DNA from: Myxococcota bacterium
GTDB lineage: Bacteria; Myxococcota; Kuafuiibacteriia; Kuafuiibacteriales; Kuafuiibacteriaceae
Assembly: GCA_050331295.1 (NCBI GenBank)
Contig: JBHJGZ010000004.1
Coordinates: 477,008-541,007, forward strand
Length of the DNA: 64,000 nt
Direction of reading: 5' to 3'
The notes beneath the pieces are model-generated. The model had not been told where the DNA came from, searched no databases, and saw only the letters and a list, made by a program, of their open reading frames with translations. Each line of letters begins with the position of its first letter. Position 1 is the stretch's first letter. Positions 60,010 to 64,000 of the stretch are shown here, piece by piece. Made by a program: the position numbers and the translations under genes.

Positions 60010-60843
60010 ATGAACGACGACGATCGGGACCGGGTACGGCGCCAGATCGAAAGCGACCAGTACAATGCCCGTGGCATCGAGGCTGCCGACCGCAAGTGGT
60101 TGGACGAAGCCATCAGAGCGTTCAAACGTGCCATCGAGCTCGACCCAGAATCTGCGCACGCCCATGACAATCTCGCGACGGTCTACGGCGAGAAAGGCAT
60201 GTTCATCGATGCGCTGCGAATGTACCTGGAGGCGCTTCGTTTGGAACCGGACTCGGCCACGGCGCACTACAATCTGGCCTGCTTTCTTTCCAGCCAGGCC
60301 CATCAGATGGCAGTGGAGCAGTATCGTGAGGCGATTCGACTCGAATACGACTACCCGGACGCACACGTGAATCTGGGCCTTTGCCACGTAGATGCCGGCG
60401 AGCACGAAAAGGCGATCGAGGAGTTCCGCATCGCTTGCGAACTCGATCCCGCCGACATGGGGGCAAGACAGGAACTCGCAGCTTCCCTGATCGACATCGC
60501 CGACTACGCTGAGGCCATTCGCCATCTGAAGGAGGTCCTCCGGGCGGAGCCGGACAACGTCGACGCGTCCATCGATCTGGGCATCGCCTACTCCGCTCAA
60601 GGCTTTTATGAGGAGGCGGAGCGTGCTTTTCGAGCTGCCCGAGACCAGGAGCCCGAAGAAGCTATCGCTGCGTATTACTTGGCTGCGCTATATGGACAGT
60701 GGAACCGACTGGATGACGCCCTCGAGCACTTGGATCGGGCCATGAGTCTCGATCCTGAACGCGTACGGCAGTGGGCTCGCTCGGACCGCATGTTCGACCC
60801 GATCCGGGAGGAAAAGGGTTTCCTCCAGATGCTGGACGTCTAA
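60010..60843 (+). CDS. Tetratricopeptide (TPR) repeat protein
   Basis: Seven or more 34-aa repeats with the W/L-G-Y-A-F-A-P pattern (AHDNLATVYGEKGMFIDALRMYLEALRLEPDSATAHYNLA...). Confidence 0.75.
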   Translation: MNDDDRDRVRRQIESDQYNARGIEAADRKWLDEAIRAFKRAIELDPESAHAHDNLATVYGEKGMFIDALRMYLEALRLEPDSATAHYNLACFLSSQAHQMAVEQYREAIRLEYDYPDAHVNLGLCHVDAGEHEKAIEEFRIACELDPADMGARQELAASLIDIADYAEAIRHLKEVLRAEPDNVDASIDLGIAYSAQGFYEEAERAFRAARDQEPEEAIAAYYLAALYGQWNRLDDALEHLDRAMSLDPERVRQWARSDRMFDPIREEKGFLQMLDV

Positions 60844-61032
60844 CCAGTAATCGCTTCCCTCACGTCGAGGATGTCTGGTCAGAACACACACATGGAGCGA
60901 CCCTCTGGCGCCGACGGAGGTCGCTGCGTCATCGAGCCGTCAAACGACCATACCCACATGTAGCGTGCAGATTTGGGGCCTCATCAATGGGTTGCGTTCG
61001 AGGTTCGCCCGGCGTACATCCGACACCAAGGC

Positions 61033-64000
61033 ATGAAGATCCGACGCCTCGAAATCCAGGGCTTCAAGAGCTTCGCCGATCGGACAGTGCTGAAGTTCGG
61101 CGACGGCATTACCGGCGTCGTCGGTCCGAACGGCTGCGGCAAGTCCAACATCGTCGACGCGATACGCTGGGTGATGGGTGAACAGTCGGCGAAGCACCTT
61201 CGGGGGGCCGGCATGCAAGACGTCATCTTTGCCGGGTCGGATTCCCGGGGCCCCATGGGCATGGCGGAAGTCACCATCAGCTTCGCCAACGACGGTCTGT
61301 TCGTTCCAGCGGAATACCAGAAGTTCGATGAGATATCGGTGACGCGACGGCTCTTTCGCGACGGCTCGTCGGAGTATGCCATCAATCGCGTTCCGAGTCG
61401 GCTCCGTGACATTCTGGACCTCTTTCTGGGAACGGGCATCGGCAAGAACGCCTATTCCATCATCGAACAGGGTCGCATCGGTCTCATCGTCACGGCAAAG
61501 CCCGAGGACCGTCGGGCGTTGATCGAAGATGCGGCGGGGGTCAGTCGATACAAAGCCCGCAGAAAGCAGGCCGAGCGTCGAATTGAGGCCACCGAGCAGA
61601 ACCTGTTGCGCGTGACCGACATGACGGACGCGCTCCGGGCGCGACTCGAGACCCTGGAGGCGCAAGCAGACAAGGCTCGGGCGTACACCCAGCTCAAGGA
61701 GGAGCTGCGAGGTCTGGAGCTCCACGCGGGCGTGCTGCGGCTGCTCGAGATCCAATCCCTCGAGAGATACCATCGGGGTGAAGCGAATCGGCTCGCGGTC
61801 GCGATCAGCGAGCGGGAACAGCAGGTCGCGGCGGAAGAGCAACGAACCCTGCAACTGGAAAAAATCGTCGAAGAACGTAGAAACGCGCTCCGTGGGCAGG
61901 AACACCAATTGCTTTCAACTCGTCAGTCCAAAGCGCTGACCGAGAACAACATGGCGGCATTCTGCCGAGAGCAGACTCAGCTCGAGGCGAGACGGACGGA
62001 AGCGGAGTCCGAGCTGACCAGCTTGCGTGCCGAGCGGGAACAGCTCCGCGCGGAGGCTTTCGAGGCTGAGCAGCGGGCCGAAGCTTTGGAAGCCGACCAG
62101 CGCGATGCTGATGGCCTGGTCAGCCTGCAAAACGAACTGGCCCAAGCCGAAGAATCCCTCGAATCGGCCCGGACGCGTTTGGAATCACAGCGAGAGGAGC
62201 TCTTCAAGCTCAGCGCACGAGCCACGGAAGCCCGGGCCGAAGCGGCTTCGGTCGCCCAACGGCGATCCGAAGTCGACGCACGCCTCGACAAGCTCCATGG
62301 AGCACGGAAAGCATCGATCGAGCGCGCCCGAACCGCCTCGCAGAAACTGTCTCATCTCGAAAGTCAGCTGAGTGAGCGGCAGCAACTTCGACTGGCGCTC
62401 GAGACGCGGCGAACGGACCATGCCGAAGTACTCGAGCGGATGACCCAGGAGCTCGCAGCCTTTGACCAACGCGTTCAGGAACACCAGACCGAGCTCGCCG
62501 ACCGCCGGGCTCATCTCCAGTCCCTTCAGGAGATTCAACGTTCCTACGAGGGATTCGACGACGCGGTGCGCACTCTCATGCGGCGCAAGAGCGAGCAGGA
62601 CCGATTGGGGGCGTCGCTTCATGGGCTGGTCGCCGACGTCGTGTCCGCTGAACCGCAATACGAGACAGCGGTCGAAGCGGTCCTCGGCGATCGACTTCAA
62701 TACGTGATCGTGGACAGCCTCAATGAAGGTGTCGAGTCGGTCCAATATCTTCGGTCCCTCGGTGAAGGACGATCGACGTTCGTTCCCCTGGACCTGCGTG
62801 AAGACCATGCAAGCTGGGCGCCACGTCGTCGATGGTTTCGTTCGAGCCATCCTCCGTGGACCGAAGATGGTGACATGCCTCTCTCCGAGTTGCCCCGCCC
62901 CGCATCATCCTCGCCTGGGTTTCAATCGGATGCCGGACCTGCCATTCCAGCGCCTTCCTCACTCCGATCTTCTGGCGACGAGAGCTTTCATGCGCCGATC
63001 TTGGACCACGAAGCCTACCCAGGAACGCTGTTGCCGGCCACCGGCCCGGTCCAAGACGTGGACCCTGACCAAGTCGCAGGAGTAGGCGAACCGCGAGCGC
63101 TATCGGCGACCCAGCCTCCGCCTCCGCCCCACCCCGAGGAGGACCTGCCGATACCCGATTCAGCAGACTCTTTCGTTTGGGTGGAAGCCGAAGACGATCA
63201 CTGGCCAGACCTCTCTCATCCTTCGGTCGTCGGAAAGATGGTGGACCTCGTCCGCGCCCAGCCCGGCTATGAGCACGTCGCGCGGGTCCTCTTGGGTGAC
63301 GTGGTGGTGGTGCAGGATCTCGACGTCGCGCGTCGCATTTGGAGCAACAACGGCCACCGCAAGACCCTCGTGACCCTGGCCGGAGAAGTGTTGGACCCCG
63401 TAGGCCTTTTGACCGGGGGCGCTGCGCAAGCCAAGACGACCGGGGTTTTGGGTCGCAAGCGGACCATCCTCGAGCTTCAAGAAGAGGTGGCGCGCTTGAA
63501 TCAGAGCCACGGAGAGACTCGGGCCCGGAGGGACCAACTGAAGGCGAAAGTCAAAGGCCTCGAGACCGAGCTGGCCGACCTGTCCCGTGAGCGCCACCAG
63601 GAGGAGCTTTCGCTCCTGAATCTCGAACAGGAGGCTTCTCTGCTTCGGTCGGAAGTGGATCGAGAGGCAGCGGAACAGCGCGCGCTGCTCGAGGACATCG
63701 AAACGATGGAGGGACGGGCGGCAGAGCTCCAGGCAACCCAGGCTTCCTTGGTCTCTCCCGATGTCTTCGAGGAAGAACACAAGAGTCTGGATGCGTCGGT
63801 TCAAGTTTCCGCTCAGTCGGTTCAGGACCTCGTCGACCGTCATCGAACGCTCCAAGAGGCCGTCACGGAGCTCCGAATTACCGTAGCCGCAAATCGCGAA
63901 AGGCGAGTGGCCTCTCGGAGGTCGCTCGAACGCCTCCGCGATCGGCTCACGGATGGCGACGTTCGGGAAGAGAAGCTTCTGGAGTCACTGGACCGCATCG
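61033..64000 (+). CDS. smc: Chromosome segregation protein SMC, 3' end beyond window
   Basis: MKIRRLEIQGFKSFADRTVLKFGDGITGVVGPNGCGKSNIVDAIRWVMGEQSAKHLRG (Walker A head), long coiled coil and a hinge (ETAVEAVLGDRLQYVIVDS...GRSTFVPLD; ...LLGDVVVVQDLDVARRI...LVTLAGEVLDPVGLLTGG). The frame stays open to 64000. Confidence 0.9.
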   Translation, partial: MKIRRLEIQGFKSFADRTVLKFGDGITGVVGPNGCGKSNIVDAIRWVMGEQSAKHLRGAGMQDVIFAGSDSRGPMGMAEVTISFANDGLFVPAEYQKFDEISVTRRLFRDGSSEYAINRVPSRLRDILDLFLGTGIGKNAYSIIEQGRIGLIVTAKPEDRRALIEDAAGVSRYKARRKQAERRIEATEQNLLRVTDMTDALRARLETLEAQADKARAYTQLKEELRGLELHAGVLRLLEIQSLERYHRGEANRLAVAISEREQQVAAEEQRTLQLEKIVEERRNALRGQEHQLLSTRQSKALTENNMAAFCREQTQLEARRTEAESELTSLRAEREQLRAEAFEAEQRAEALEADQRDADGLVSLQNELAQAEESLESARTRLESQREELFKLSARATEARAEAASVAQRRSEVDARLDKLHGARKASIERARTASQKLSHLESQLSERQQLRLALETRRTDHAEVLERMTQELAAFDQRVQEHQTELADRRAHLQSLQEIQRSYEGFDDAVRTLMRRKSEQDRLGASLHGLVADVVSAEPQYETAVEAVLGDRLQYVIVDSLNEGVESVQYLRSLGEGRSTFVPLDLREDHASWAPRRRWFRSSHPPWTEDGDMPLSELPRPASSSPGFQSDAGPAIPAPSSLRSSGDESFHAPILDHEAYPGTLLPATGPVQDVDPDQVAGVGEPRALSATQPPPPPHPEEDLPIPDSADSFVWVEAEDDHWPDLSHPSVVGKMVDLVRAQPGYEHVARVLLGDVVVVQDLDVARRIWSNNGHRKTLVTLAGEVLDPVGLLTGGAAQAKTTGVLGRKRTILELQEEVARLNQSHGETRARRDQLKAKVKGLETELADLSRERHQEELSLLNLEQEASLLRSEVDREAAEQRALLEDIETMEGRAAELQATQASLVSPDVFEEEHKSLDASVQVSAQSVQDLVDRHRTLQEAVTELRITVAANRERRVASRRSLERLRDRLTDGDVREEKLLESLDRI

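Overview
High-GC (~65%) chromosomal segment from a diderm bacterium. BamB, Omp85, Skp, ExbB/ExbD, many lipoproteins, two Hanks-type Ser/Thr kinases, a PP2C phosphatase and an FGE-sulfatase domain suggest a Myxococcota-like, other delta-proteobacterial-like or Gemmatimonadota-like lineage; this is inference only. The window is dominated by core housekeeping genes, almost all contiguous and translationally coupled. In order: partial arsC, yghU, wrbA; a HisKA_3/NarL two-component pair; yfgM-bamB-sspB; an AGCS/NSS transporter pair; aroC; purS-purQ-purL followed by a histone-H1-like gene and skp; topA; rpsA; exbB-exbD-exbD; cmk; aroA-lipoprotein-hisC-accA-miaA-mutL; sdhCAB (b558 type); a type IIA topoisomerase A/B pair (ParC/ParE-like); and 5' smc. 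No rRNA, tRNA, CRISPR array or obvious mobile element was seen. High GC makes long antisense ORFs common in the ORF track; most are artefacts and are listed under rejected items. The least-explained loci are: (1) a 571-aa unknown protein GTGA-coupled to a periplasmic FGE-like enzyme, followed by a small acidic protein and another unknown protein (46.5-50.5 kb); (2) two tandem paralogous ribbon-helix-helix mini-proteins (58.5-58.9 kb); (3) a DUF455(ferritin-like)-ATP-grasp fusion (19.4-21.3 kb); (4) a Lys/Ala-rich H1-like protein in the purSQL-skp operon, with a similar tail on TopA; (5) a ~140-aa Pro-rich insertion in the SMC hinge. Start codons were chosen by codon arithmetic from the supplied ORF track and may be off by a few codons. 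All family assignments come from remembered sequence signatures, not from database searches.
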